A DNA stretch of 47,224 nucleotides from a virus. Its lineage: Duplodnaviria > Caudoviricetes. The translations under genes were made by a program, and so were the position numbers. The notes under the pieces are model-generated. The model had not been told where the DNA came from. It saw only the letters and a list, made by a program, of their open reading frames with translations, and made no database searches. Of this stretch, positions 26,586-35,471 are shown piece by piece. The stretch spans positions 1-47,224 of the IMG/VR virus record IMGVR_UViG_3300048852_000046; one strand, given 5' to 3'. How positions within the stretch are numbered: position 1 is the first letter of the stretch; every line of letters starts with the position of its first letter.

Positions 26586-28808
26586 TCAAGCCGTCCTATA
26601 GTCGCCGCCGGCGGTCTCTTGCTGATACTTCGCCACGGCCGCCGGCGCCTGCCGGTTGGCCTCATTCACCGAAGCGGCGATGATCTGGGGCGACGCGTCC
26701 TTGATCTTCTGGCCGGACACCTCGCCAGCCACTTCCGTCATGACAGGAACGAGGTTGCCGTTGCGGACTTCGCTAACGGTGCGCACGATGATCACGCCGC
26801 CGGCGTTCTGGTTGGCTGCCGGCATGACGGGGGTTACATTGCCGCCCGACTGGTAGCCCTTTGCCGAGCGGTGCATTGCGTCGAGGTTGCGGACGCCGAT
26901 CTTGTCGGTTGCTCGCTTGGAGAAGACGTATTCGCCGCCGTGGACCACACCCGCGACCGCAGAAGCGGCGCCCTTCCCGGTGTATCCACCCGACGCGAAG
27001 CCGAAGATTTTCCCAATGCCGCCGAGGATGGAGCCGAACAAACCGCCTCCCCCTCCTGTGCCAGCGCCGTTCAGAGAAAACAGCGCGTTTACAAGTTCGT
27101 CCTCGACTTTGCTGATGATCTTGTCGAGCACGTTCAGTGCGGCTTTGCCGAACGATTTCCAGAAACCCTCGCCATTGGCGAGACCGGACCGGAGATCGGA
27201 AAGAAACCCCTTCGTGGCATCCTTGGCGAAGTCGAGCGCTTCCTTTGCGTTCTTGGTGGCGACCTCGGTCGCGGCCATTTGAGCGGCGAGGCCGGACAGT
27301 TCCGTCTTCTGCGCCGCAGTAAGCTCGATACCCTTCTGCTGCGCCTGGTTGAGCAGGTCCGTCTCGTATTTCAGGGCAAGCGCCGCCTGCTCAGTCATGC
27401 CGAGCGCCTCTTGCTCCGCCTTCAGCGAGGCAATGCGCCGGTTCGCACCATCGACGATGTCGGAGTATTTCTCAGCTTCGGTCTTGCCACCGCCGCTGCC
27501 CTTCTTCTTCGACTTTTCATCGACTGTCGTGATGTCCTTGGCGAGCTCCTTGAGCTTAGCCGATGCAGTTGATGCCCCACGGGAAATTGCCTCTCCGAAC
27601 CCGCCGATATAATCCGTTCCAGAAATCGCTTTCTGGTTGGCGGCGCTCAGTTCGTTCAGTGCCGGAGCAAGCGCGTCCGCATATGGATTCTGCATCTCTT
27701 CGAATTGGGGGGCGTCGATCGTATTGCCCAATTCTGGAGTGGCATTAGGGTCCATCCCGCTGCCGACAGCGCCGCCAAGCTTGAACACTGTCTTGACGCT
27801 CGCGATCAATCTATTGAGGCCGGAAACACTGGCCGCAACGATTGCATTGACCGCTCTAATCGCCATGTTCGCCGCGCCAACAGCGGCAGCGCCGATCACG
27901 TTCGGGAAATTCGCCCAAACCATCTTGATGTCGTTGTACGCGGCAACGAATGCGCCAATGATAAAGTTCGCAGCGTTCTTTGCGTCGGCGACGATATCCC
28001 GCCCGAAAATCTGCGCCAGCTCATCCCGAAAGATGTTCGCCGCAACAACAGCGGCCGAGATCCCTAGAATGAGCGCGCCGGCCGGGTTTGCCGCCGCCAT
28101 AGAGGCTGCGGCGGCGACGGCGGCGACAGACAGGCGCGCCAGCAGCGCAATCAGGCTGACGATGCCGCCGACGATCGCGGGCGCATAGAGTAGAGCCAGA
28201 GCGGCCGCCGCGCCGACCGCGTAAGGCGCGATCGTCTGCAGAACACCGGCCAAGCCGGTGAGAGCAGAAGCAGCGAGCTTGCCCCAGTCGACCATTTGCA
28301 ATCCGGCTGCGGCCAAACCCACAATGGCGATCGTCACCAGGCTCACCGGAGAGATGACGGACAGGAACGCTTGTCCAAGAGCCTTCACGGCTCCGGCCGC
28401 TCCCATCGGGCCAAGCACGGCACTGATCTGCGTGCCCTGCTGCAGAGCGATCTGCATCGGGCTCATCGACATGGCGGCAGAAACGCCGATGTCCTGGAAC
28501 TGGGCGGCCAGATTGCCGACGTGGCCGGCCGCGCCCTGCATCCCCCTGATATTCTGGTTTGCCGCCTGATTGTGGAGCCGCATAGCGCCGGCGGCCTTGT
28601 TCGCCGCGGCAGCTTCTGCATTCAACGCGGTGGCATGGGCGTTGGCAGCATTTGCCGCCATCTGACCTGCCTTGCTGCTCGATGGGCCAATCCCCTCGAC
28701 CGCAGACTCCGCCCGCTTTGCCGCACCGGTGAGCTTGTCGAGCTTGCTGGTCGCCTGATCGACACCGGTTGTCTTCGCCTCAATCCCGAGGGTGGCAAGT
28801 TCGGCCAT
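26586..28808 (-). CDS. Tail tape measure protein
   Basis: Ala-rich helical; NLAAQFQDIGVS...PMQIALQQGTQI (TMP_2-like); FASGGYTG...GVVHGGEYV. Confidence 0.92.
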   Translation of the reverse strand: MAELATLGIEAKTTGVDQATSKLDKLTGAAKRAESAVEGIGPSSSKAGQMAANAANAHATALNAEAAAANKAAGAMRLHNQAANQNIRGMQGAAGHVGNLAAQFQDIGVSAAMSMSPMQIALQQGTQISAVLGPMGAAGAVKALGQAFLSVISPVSLVTIAIVGLAAAGLQMVDWGKLAASALTGLAGVLQTIAPYAVGAAAALALLYAPAIVGGIVSLIALLARLSVAAVAAAASMAAANPAGALILGISAAVVAANIFRDELAQIFGRDIVADAKNAANFIIGAFVAAYNDIKMVWANFPNVIGAAAVGAANMAIRAVNAIVAASVSGLNRLIASVKTVFKLGGAVGSGMDPNATPELGNTIDAPQFEEMQNPYADALAPALNELSAANQKAISGTDYIGGFGEAISRGASTASAKLKELAKDITTVDEKSKKKGSGGGKTEAEKYSDIVDGANRRIASLKAEQEALGMTEQAALALKYETDLLNQAQQKGIELTAAQKTELSGLAAQMAATEVATKNAKEALDFAKDATKGFLSDLRSGLANGEGFWKSFGKAALNVLDKIISKVEDELVNALFSLNGAGTGGGGGLFGSILGGIGKIFGFASGGYTGKGAASAVAGVVHGGEYVFSKRATDKIGVRNLDAMHRSAKGYQSGGNVTPVMPAANQNAGGVIIVRTVSEVRNGNLVPVMTEVAGEVSGQKIKDASPQIIAASVNEANRQAPAAVAKYQQETAGGDYRTA

Positions 28809-28810
28809 GG

Positions 28811-29203
28811 TCAGTCCCTCTTGCGCTTGACGACGCGACGATCCTTCGCAGCACCGCGGATCCTGAGCTTCGCCTCGGCGACGTCGGATTCGGTGGGTTG
28901 CCGATGGGCAACGTCAGGTTTGCCGGTCTTGTTGATGATGGAGAGAACGACCTGATCCATGCGCCGGATCACCGACAGTTCCCACGGATCGATCAGGGCA
29001 CCGGTGAGACGGCAGAATGCCTCTATCTCACCGAAGCTGATGGGGTTGGCTGAAAAGCCGGATTGACGGCTGTTGTGGAGCTCCACGAACCAATCCCAGA
29101 TGTGGACGCCGAAGACCGGCTCTTCTGGCGGGGGATCATTCTTGCGCCGGGGCGCGAAATGCGCAGCCGCAAAGGCGATCAGGTCCTCTGCGACCGCTTC
29201 GTA
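28811..29203 (-). CDS. Tail assembly chaperone extension (gpT-like), reached by -1 frameshift
   Basis: Open -1 frame from the slip site: YEAVAEDL...WDWFVELHNSR...PISFGEIEAF...PWELSVIRRMD. Confidence 0.7.
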   Translation of the reverse strand, partial: YEAVAEDLIAFAAAHFAPRRKNDPPPEEPVFGVHIWDWFVELHNSRQSGFSANPISFGEIEAFCRLTGALIDPWELSVIRRMDQVVLSIINKTGKPDVAHRQPTESDVAEAKLRIRGAAKDRRVVKRKRD

Positions 29204-29598
29204 AAATTCGCGTCCTCGTCGGCCGCCTTGTCAACCTGCTCGGCAATGAAGAAATACCGAGGATCGGAGATGATCTGCAGGATGTTCTCCGGCGTGCACT
29301 CTACGGCCGCTCCGTCGCGGGTCATGTTCCAGGAGACGATTGAAGCGGCAACGATTTCGTTCGTCCTCTCCTCGACTTCCTCGACCGTGCCGACCCGCTT
29401 CGGGTTCTTTTTGTTTTCGCGGATGGCAGCATTCGCTAGCCGCCGCTGGACGCGCTTCACGCGCTCCGATCGATAGGAGACGATCTCGACCACAAGACCG
29501 GTCTTGTCGCCGGTGATCGGGTGACGGATCTCGAGCGGGAATGCCTGCTCGAAATCGAACGAGAGTTCCTTTTCGAACTTTGCAAGATCGAAGGACAT
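29179..29598 (-). CDS. Tail assembly chaperone (gpG-like)
   Basis: Between tail tube and TMP; EIRHPITG motif; ends ...ANF at the slip site. Confidence 0.8.
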   Translation of the reverse strand: MSFDLAKFEKELSFDFEQAFPLEIRHPITGDKTGLVVEIVSYRSERVKRVQRRLANAAIRENKKNPKRVGTVEEVEERTNEIVAASIVSWNMTRDGAAVECTPENILQIISDPRYFFIAEQVDKAADEDANFTKRSQRT

Positions 29599-29607
29599 GA
29601 ATGCTCC

Positions 29608-30099
29608 TTACGGCGTGACTTCGGGGTCGACGGTGATGATGTGGGTGTTGATGCCGATGTTCGCGGTGCGCCGCAGGACGTTGTCGCCTGTCCCGACGTT
29701 CTTCCGGAACGACATGACCAGGCCACGGAAGTAATCGACGCTGTTGGAATATGTCGCGTCGGGGGCGTCCTCGTATTCGATCTTGAAATTGTAGAGGAAC
29801 TTCGTCTGCTCTGCGGCGCGCAGCGCGACCTGACCAGGATCAAGCGGATCATCGCCGACGACGAGCGCCATGGTGCCGGCATCGCGCGCGCCTTTCAGGT
29901 GGCGGACACGGCTGTCGGAGAGTGACTGGAAGGTCACGTCCGCGCTTTCGTCGCCGAGCTCGCCGCCGTCTTCGACCTCGCCGATTTCGATCCAGGTCAG
30001 GGCCTCGAAGGCGGCGAGCGCGGTGGCATCGGAGGTGTAATCGATCGAGGTCGTCCCGCCAATGAAATAGCGGGCCCCGGTGGCAGTCGTGATTGTCAT
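29608..30099 (-). CDS. Major tail (tube) protein
   Basis: WIEIGEVEDGGELG, HLKGARDAG, DPLDPGQ. Confidence 0.85.
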   Translation of the reverse strand: MTITTATGARYFIGGTTSIDYTSDATALAAFEALTWIEIGEVEDGGELGDESADVTFQSLSDSRVRHLKGARDAGTMALVVGDDPLDPGQVALRAAEQTKFLYNFKIEYEDAPDATYSNSVDYFRGLVMSFRKNVGTGDNVLRRTANIGINTHIITVDPEVTP

Positions 30100-30117
30100 T
30101 GGAGCTATCCTTGCTGG

Positions 30118-30546
30118 TTAGGCTGCGAAGGTTTCGTACTGGATGGTCACGGGGACCATCAGGGAGCCGTTGCTGGGCGGGAGCGGGATTGCGTACGGCT
30201 TGCGGTTGACCTTCACCTTCACGCCGCTCTCGTAGAGGATCAGGTCTTTCGGGAAGTGGGCGATGATCTGGTCGGCGCGCTGCAACGGCACGACGATGCC
30301 GGTACCGCTACCGTAGTGGACGGTTACCTGCATGATGCCGCGGTGCTGCTGCCGACCAGGTCCGACGGTCCGGGTGGTGGTCGCGTTGGGAAGGAAGGTC
30401 ACCTCCAGATAATCTTTCGGCTTGGTTTGTCCGGCCGGCGGGAAAGCCACATTCGGCGCGGCGATCGCTTGGGCCGGCGTGAGGGTTAGGGCGAGCAGCC
30501 GATCCATTAGGGCTTTGAAGATGTTCGCTTCCACACCTGTGGGCAT
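30118..30546 (-). CDS. Tail terminator (DUF4128-like)
   Basis: PNVAFPP, GIMQVTV, ADQIIAHF, VPVTIQY; synteny. Confidence 0.75.
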   Translation of the reverse strand: MPTGVEANIFKALMDRLLALTLTPAQAIAAPNVAFPPAGQTKPKDYLEVTFLPNATTTRTVGPGRQQHRGIMQVTVHYGSGTGIVVPLQRADQIIAHFPKDLILYESGVKVKVNRKPYAIPLPPSNGSLMVPVTIQYETFAA

Positions 30547-30566
30547 TCGTGTAATCCTTCCCGGCG

Positions 30567-30776
30567 ATGGCCGATAAGCTCTCCGACGATCAGGTTTACG
30601 AGCGGCTCCATGCCGCCTATCTCGCCCTCGGGCGCGAGGAAGGTGAAACAGTGCGAGGCGATACGGCGTTGAAAGCGGCCCGACGGGCTCTGACGTTGCT
30701 ACAGATGGGCCACCTCGCCGCGCAGGACGCCGGGACTGATAAGAACCAAGCCGTCAAAGCCCAAGACGACGCTTGA
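30567..30776 (+). CDS. Small hypothetical protein, antisense to the tail operon
   Basis: 69 aa ORF filling the gap between two tail genes. Confidence 0.5.
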   Translation: MADKLSDDQVYERLHAAYLALGREEGETVRGDTALKAARRALTLLQMGHLAAQDAGTDKNQAVKAQDDA

Positions 30777-31200
30777 GCTCTCCCACCTTGCGATCGACGA
30801 TCCCCTGCCATTGTTGGGCTGCGCCGCGCACGAATGCGTCAGGCGGCTGCCCATTGGCGCCGAACTCCCGATAGACGGCATAGCCGGCCGTGAACCCGAC
30901 ATAGATGGTGTCGTTGACGTCGGCGCCGAGGATGACAGCCTCGATCTGGCCGAAGTCGAAGGCGTAGCTCGCGCCGTCTGTCGGCCCGGAGCCCCGATTG
31001 ATCGTCGGCATGGCCGTGGTCGAAGCCAACGCCGACGCACGTAGAAAGCCAGTATCCACGCGCATCCGACCGCCGGCACCCGTCGGCTTGAGCATTTCCT
31101 CTGTCACGTCATGGACAGTTTCTTTAAACACCGCCTCGACGGCGCCCGGGATCTTCTCGGCAAAGGCCGCCACGGTGGCGCTGAACGACAGTTTGGCCAT
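30754..31200 (-). CDS. HK97 gp10-like tail completion protein
   Basis: RVDTGFLRAS, YAVYREFG, FVRGAAQQW. Confidence 0.8.
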   Translation of the reverse strand: MAKLSFSATVAAFAEKIPGAVEAVFKETVHDVTEEMLKPTGAGGRMRVDTGFLRASALASTTAMPTINRGSGPTDGASYAFDFGQIEAVILGADVNDTIYVGFTAGYAVYREFGANGQPPDAFVRGAAQQWQGIVDRKVGELKRRLGL

Positions 31201-32237
31201 CAGACGACCTCAGCACGGTACCGGCGAACGACCGCGCCGATGTGATCGACCTTGTATTCCAGGCGGCACCTGCAGCCGGAGATTTCCGAAATCGGCGCGC
31301 GCGGGTCGCCGGGGAACCGGAGAAGCGCGCCGGACGGGCTCTGAAACACCTCATCCACGCCAACGCTTTTGCCGTTCAGAACACGATGTGTGTGCCGCAC
31401 GCGGCTGTCGCCGGCCGACCGCCATACCTTGGTGACGTCCTGTGCCTGCACCTTTCCGGCCTCGATCTGCTGGCGCATCGCCTCGTCGCGCGCGGAGCTG
31501 AGCGCCATCATCGTTTCAGTGCGCGACAGCATCTCACCGCGGAGAAGCAGGTTCTTGTCGCGCAGCCGGCCGATGATGCGAGCGAGCGCCTCGCCGGTGA
31601 CCGGCTTGCCTGCTTTGATCCCAGCCAGAACGGTCCGGTCGAAGCGCTTGTCGCGCGTCTTGAGCTCGAAGTACCGGTTCATCAGTTCGGGGTCGCCGGA
31701 TGCGAGATGCGTGCTAGCCCGCTCGATGAACTCGATCTGGTATTGGGTCAGGCCGATGACGCCACCTTCTCGACGACCAGTGACGCGGTTCTGCCGGCCG
31801 ACCACATCGAGCGCTGTAGCTCTCGGGTTTGCGCCGCGTGCAAGCCCCTGCTCCAGCGCCTGGCGGATGCCCTGCCGCTGGTCATCGGTGATATGCGTGA
31901 CCATCGTCGATGACAGATCGCGGAGGATCGCCTCGGCAACGGGATTGCGGACGCCGAAGCGCCAGATCACGCGGTTGCCCTGCGGGTCCATGACCTTTGG
32001 CAACTCGCCGACAGCATTGGTGCCGCCGGCGTTGAACGCCTCCTGCAGCGCGATCTCCAGGGCAGAGAATGCCTCGGGCTCGATCTGCATTGCCTCGACC
32101 GCACCGTTGATGTCGCCACGCTCGAGACGCTCGATCACGCGCGCCAGCACAACCGAAGAGCGGATTTCGCCGATCGCCTCGCGGAATGCAGCCGCGAAGC
32201 GCGGTTCATACGTGGCGAGCAGCTCGTCGAATGTCAC
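31200..32237 (-). CDS. Head morphogenesis protein (SPP1 gp7/MuF-like), short form
   Basis: SRTETM, KVWRSAGDSRVRHTH, FPGDP...GCRC. Confidence 0.85.
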   Translation of the reverse strand: MTFDELLATYEPRFAAAFREAIGEIRSSVVLARVIERLERGDINGAVEAMQIEPEAFSALEIALQEAFNAGGTNAVGELPKVMDPQGNRVIWRFGVRNPVAEAILRDLSSTMVTHITDDQRQGIRQALEQGLARGANPRATALDVVGRQNRVTGRREGGVIGLTQYQIEFIERASTHLASGDPELMNRYFELKTRDKRFDRTVLAGIKAGKPVTGEALARIIGRLRDKNLLLRGEMLSRTETMMALSSARDEAMRQQIEAGKVQAQDVTKVWRSAGDSRVRHTHRVLNGKSVGVDEVFQSPSGALLRFPGDPRAPISEISGCRCRLEYKVDHIGAVVRRYRAEVV

Positions 32238-32395
32238 GGCGCCGCCTTGGCGATCTGCTTCTCTGCCGTCTGATTGGCAGGCTTCACCAGCCCCATCTTC
32301 TCCAGCGCGGCCGCCTTGACTGGCGTCAGATCCGGCTTGTCGCCGATGTTATAGCGCTCGAAGGGCTTCACGACTTCGACCTTGATCTTGCTCAT
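32234..32395 (-). CDS. Small phage protein
   Basis: GAAGGA RBS; MSKIKVEVVKPF...AAALEKMGLVK. Confidence 0.6.
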   Translation of the reverse strand: MSKIKVEVVKPFERYNIGDKPDLTPVKAAALEKMGLVKPANQTAEKQIAKAAP

Positions 32396-32440
32396 TTGTG
32401 GAATCCTTCCGTGCGAACCTGCGTTATGCGGCTGCCCTAT

Positions 32441-32464
32441 AAAAAAGGCCCGCCGAAGCGAGCC
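32441..32464 (-). terminator. Intrinsic terminator closing the moron
   Basis: GGCTCGC-TTCG-GCGGGCC-TTTTTT. Confidence 0.85.
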
Positions 32465-32487
32465 GAGGATTGTTCTAGGGTGATGTC

Positions 32488-33111
32488 TCAACCAAACCAG
32501 ACTTTGCTAATCCTTGCGTCCCTTAAAACGATGTTTACGCGCTGCGGCAAATAGTCGAGCGTGTACATATCACCCTCGTTGTAAACGCGACATTTGCGCC
32601 CGATGAGTTCGGAAATCTGTGTCGGTGCCGATCCTACTTGCGTTAGCGCCGCCAACACGTTTGAGAATGCCCTCTCGGCAGCCTCTGCATCTTTCTGATG
32701 CAAGACTACCCAGGGCCACGGCACAAAATCATCTCCTTCTTTCCCCTTCTTCATCGGCCACGGGACGGGGTCATCGCCAGCTCTCTCCAGGGGCCAGGGT
32801 GAGACTGGGTCCGATGGATTGATCACGATCCTAGTATCCGGATCGACCTCGAATCCCGAGGGCCCCGCAACACCTGAGAAAAGCAGGGAGAGACCTTCCG
32901 GTGTAATCTTGTATGCATTGCGATTCCCAGTCGGAATTCCACATCGGTCCAGCACCGGCCCTACTGGGCCGCGCTTCTCTTCTGCGAGAACATTCCGCGC
33001 ACCGATCAGCGCCTCAAGTTCCGATCGCATATCGGCCAGAGAGATTTCCGTCTCACTTGCAGGAATGCAATTGATCGTCCCATCCGCTTTATAAACCCAA
33101 ATCTCCGTCAT
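32488..33111 (-). CDS. Moron protein with C-terminal I78/potato-inhibitor-like domain
   Basis: GGGAG RBS; RVYNEGDMYTLDYLPQRVNIV...ISKVWFG; three PWP-ending repeats. Confidence 0.65.
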   Translation of the reverse strand: MTEIWVYKADGTINCIPASETEISLADMRSELEALIGARNVLAEEKRGPVGPVLDRCGIPTGNRNAYKITPEGLSLLFSGVAGPSGFEVDPDTRIVINPSDPVSPWPLERAGDDPVPWPMKKGKEGDDFVPWPWVVLHQKDAEAAERAFSNVLAALTQVGSAPTQISELIGRKCRVYNEGDMYTLDYLPQRVNIVLRDARISKVWFG

Positions 33112-33184
33112 GATTTTTCTCCCACAATTTTGGTTGCGGATACATGAAATCACAACTTGCTAAAATAGCTAATCACGATTTTTG

Positions 33185-33547
33185 CTAAGCCACCCTTCCC
33201 TGAACGATGAGCACGACGGGCGTGATGCCGTCGTACTTGTTCGGGTCCCCGTTGATGATTGCGTAATCGGCGCCGTTGGCAGTTACGACATCGCCGACGG
33301 TCGGCTCGATCGGCAGTCCCACCGCGGAGATGTAAATCTGCATGTCACCGGTCTGGATCACTGTGCCGTCGATGGATCGGGCCTCGTAGGCCATCGGGAC
33401 CAGGGTGGCCGGGTACGGCGTAGGCACAGGCTCCCCGCCGTAGACAGGATCCGGAGGTTCAAGGCGCGTCACGGTGCCGGTCTGGCCGTACTTGGCAATT
33501 AGGCGCTGCGCTGTCGCCTGCAGGCGGGTGTAGAGCGGGTTAGGCAC
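33185..33547 (-). CDS. Head closure / head-tail joining protein
   Basis: RLQATAQRLIAKYG, IDGTVIQTGD, PTVGD; synteny. Confidence 0.8.
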   Translation of the reverse strand: MPNPLYTRLQATAQRLIAKYGQTGTVTRLEPPDPVYGGEPVPTPYPATLVPMAYEARSIDGTVIQTGDMQIYISAVGLPIEPTVGDVVTANGADYAIINGDPNKYDGITPVVLIVQGRVA

Positions 33548-33653
33548 AGCGGCCCGCCTTCTGAGTAACGGCCACGCCAAAAAGGTTAACGGTTGCCATA
33601 GACGAACATCTCTCGCTCTGGTTTAATCCCTGTGGGGAAATGGAGGGGGAACG

Positions 33654-34121
33654 ATGAGCTTCAGAAATTTAAGTGTTTTTGCACTTTGCGGCGGCATTCT
33701 TGGCGGATGCACAACGCCGAACCAGGTTGCTACACCGTCGGACGTCACCCTAAGATCAGCAGTGATTGAACTGACGGATACGTTGTACCTCGCGCAGATG
33801 AGAGCGGCAGGGCGACCAAAGACCGGGCTAATTGCCGACTCTGCGGTGGTCGAGTTCAACATCGCCGCAAAGGCTACTAACAAGGCAAACGCCAACGCCG
33901 GTGGAGAGGGTATCCCGCTTGGCGTAGGGGGCACCCTTGGTCTTTCAGTGGCGAATGAGGCCTACTCCGAAGGCAGTCGCGGCAATAAAATTACCTTGAC
34001 GTTCAAGAACATCGCGACAGCCGATTATTCCAAAGGTGGGGCCGCTATCGCTGATAGGTGCTTGCGTACGCCTCAGCCACCGGGATGCCCACCAATCATC
34101 ATGAACATCCCGCCCTTATGA
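33654..34121 (+). CDS. Moron lipoprotein, Trypco2-like pattern
   Basis: GGAGGGG RBS; lipobox ILGGC; LRSAVIEL...VVEFNI...NKITLTFK. Confidence 0.6.
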   Translation: MSFRNLSVFALCGGILGGCTTPNQVATPSDVTLRSAVIELTDTLYLAQMRAAGRPKTGLIADSAVVEFNIAAKATNKANANAGGEGIPLGVGGTLGLSVANEAYSEGSRGNKITLTFKNIATADYSKGGAAIADRCLRTPQPPGCPPIIMNIPPL

Positions 34122-34191
34122 TCTAGACGACTAGAATGCCAGGCAGAACCGGCATCAGGAACGGCCACCGCAGCTCATCAAACGCAGCCGA

Positions 34192-34701
34192 TCAGTAGCG
34201 GGCGAGCGCTGTAACAGACGTGTTACCCGAGGAGGCAACAAGGAGGTTGTGCAAAATGCCGTCGATGACGGCGAATGTCGGCTTCGGAGCGATTGCGGAG
34301 GCAGTCTGATATTCTGTCTCTTCCTCGATTGAGCCCACCCTTACACGTTCCGCTTTGACAGGTGCCTTGCCGTCAAAGTCAGGCGCGAGGGAACCGGGCT
34401 TAACCAGCTCGCGCAGCGCAGCCTCATAGGCTGCCTCATCGATCTCGGTCGGCACTTCATCGGGGGCGATCTCCTCGCCTGCAGCATCCTCCGCGTCGGT
34501 GCGCGGCCACTCGCGCTCCTGACTGCGACCGCCCGTCTTCTTGCCCGAGAAACGGTAACGGTAGGTGTTGTCGACCCAAACGGAGCCGCGAAGCAGCGCG
34601 GATTGTTTGGCTTCGTCGTCGCCGGTCGATGCCCACGCAGCATTTCCTCGTTCCTGATGATAGGCGAGCGCGTCAGCGAGAGTGCCGTAGTGTTCAGCCA
34701 T
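34192..34701 (-). CDS. Head-tail connector (DnaT-like family)
   Basis: YGTLADALAYH.ERGN, QEREWPR, VPTEIDEAAYEAALREL. Confidence 0.8.
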   Translation of the reverse strand: MAEHYGTLADALAYHQERGNAAWASTGDDEAKQSALLRGSVWVDNTYRYRFSGKKTGGRSQEREWPRTDAEDAAGEEIAPDEVPTEIDEAAYEAALRELVKPGSLAPDFDGKAPVKAERVRVGSIEEETEYQTASAIAPKPTFAVIDGILHNLLVASSGNTSVTALARY

Positions 34702-34840
34702 CGGGCAGACCTCTGGTATTCTTCATGGCAAGTAGGAGTTCCTGCATGATCGACTGCATGGAATATCCTTCCAGTCGTCAACGAGAAACCGATAGCGCGG
34801 TGGCCGCCCTCGAGCGGCCACTCATTGTTTGAGGAACGCT

Positions 34841-35419
34841 TCAGCCGCGCCGTTTCAACTCGGCATCGATCGCAGCATTGGCTTCCTCGCCATTACTGAT
34901 CGGATCGTCACTGAGCTTGGATGCGAGCGACCGGCGCTCCTGCCAAGTGAGATCGCGCCAGTTGGCGGGGATTTCCACCTTGGATCGCTCATCGCTTAAA
35001 CCAATACCATCAACCAGCTGATCGCCCACGATCTTCTGAGCGCCGGGGATCACTGCCACGCCAGCCTGATCGATGGTCTGCGCAGGCTTGCCGGTCGAAA
35101 CATCGGTGTTGCTGGCCTTGATGCCGATGCCCCCGACAGCAGCGACTTCAGCATTGGCGGGGAAGCTTCCTTCACTGTCGGCAAGGGCGCGGCTGGTGCC
35201 TTCAGGGTCGGGCTTGATCGGCTCGATCTCGGTCAGAGCAGTGGAAGACTGACGTGCAGCCTTCTCCGCCTGTTCGGCCATCTTGTCGAATGCATTGGCG
35301 AGCCGGTCGACTGCGGAGCCGCCGAGCCGGTTTGCGCGGGAACGCAGGATCTGCGCGCGGCTCTCGTCACGACGTGCGATCGCCTCCGCAAGAAGCGGAT
35401 CGTTCTCATGATCGGTCAT
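34841..35419 (-). CDS. Hypothetical head-region protein
   Basis: GGAG RBS; follows the capsid gene; C-terminal IPANWRDLTW...AIDAELKRR helical motif. Confidence 0.65.
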   Translation of the reverse strand: MTDHENDPLLAEAIARRDESRAQILRSRANRLGGSAVDRLANAFDKMAEQAEKAARQSSTALTEIEPIKPDPEGTSRALADSEGSFPANAEVAAVGGIGIKASNTDVSTGKPAQTIDQAGVAVIPGAQKIVGDQLVDGIGLSDERSKVEIPANWRDLTWQERRSLASKLSDDPISNGEEANAAIDAELKRRG

Positions 35420-35471
35420 GATATTTCTCCAGATTGAGGGTGATGTGGAGAGGGGCCCGAAGCCCCTATCC

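Noticed and set aside
31200-32237. MuF polymorphic toxin
   Set aside because: Protein ends shortly after the CRC motif; no toxin extension and no adjacent immunity gene
20493-32319. Long plus-strand ORFs in the tail region (e.g. 22847-24286, 26619-27572, 31369-32319)
   Set aside because: Antisense shadows of high-GC structural genes; Arg/Ala/Ser-rich with no motifs
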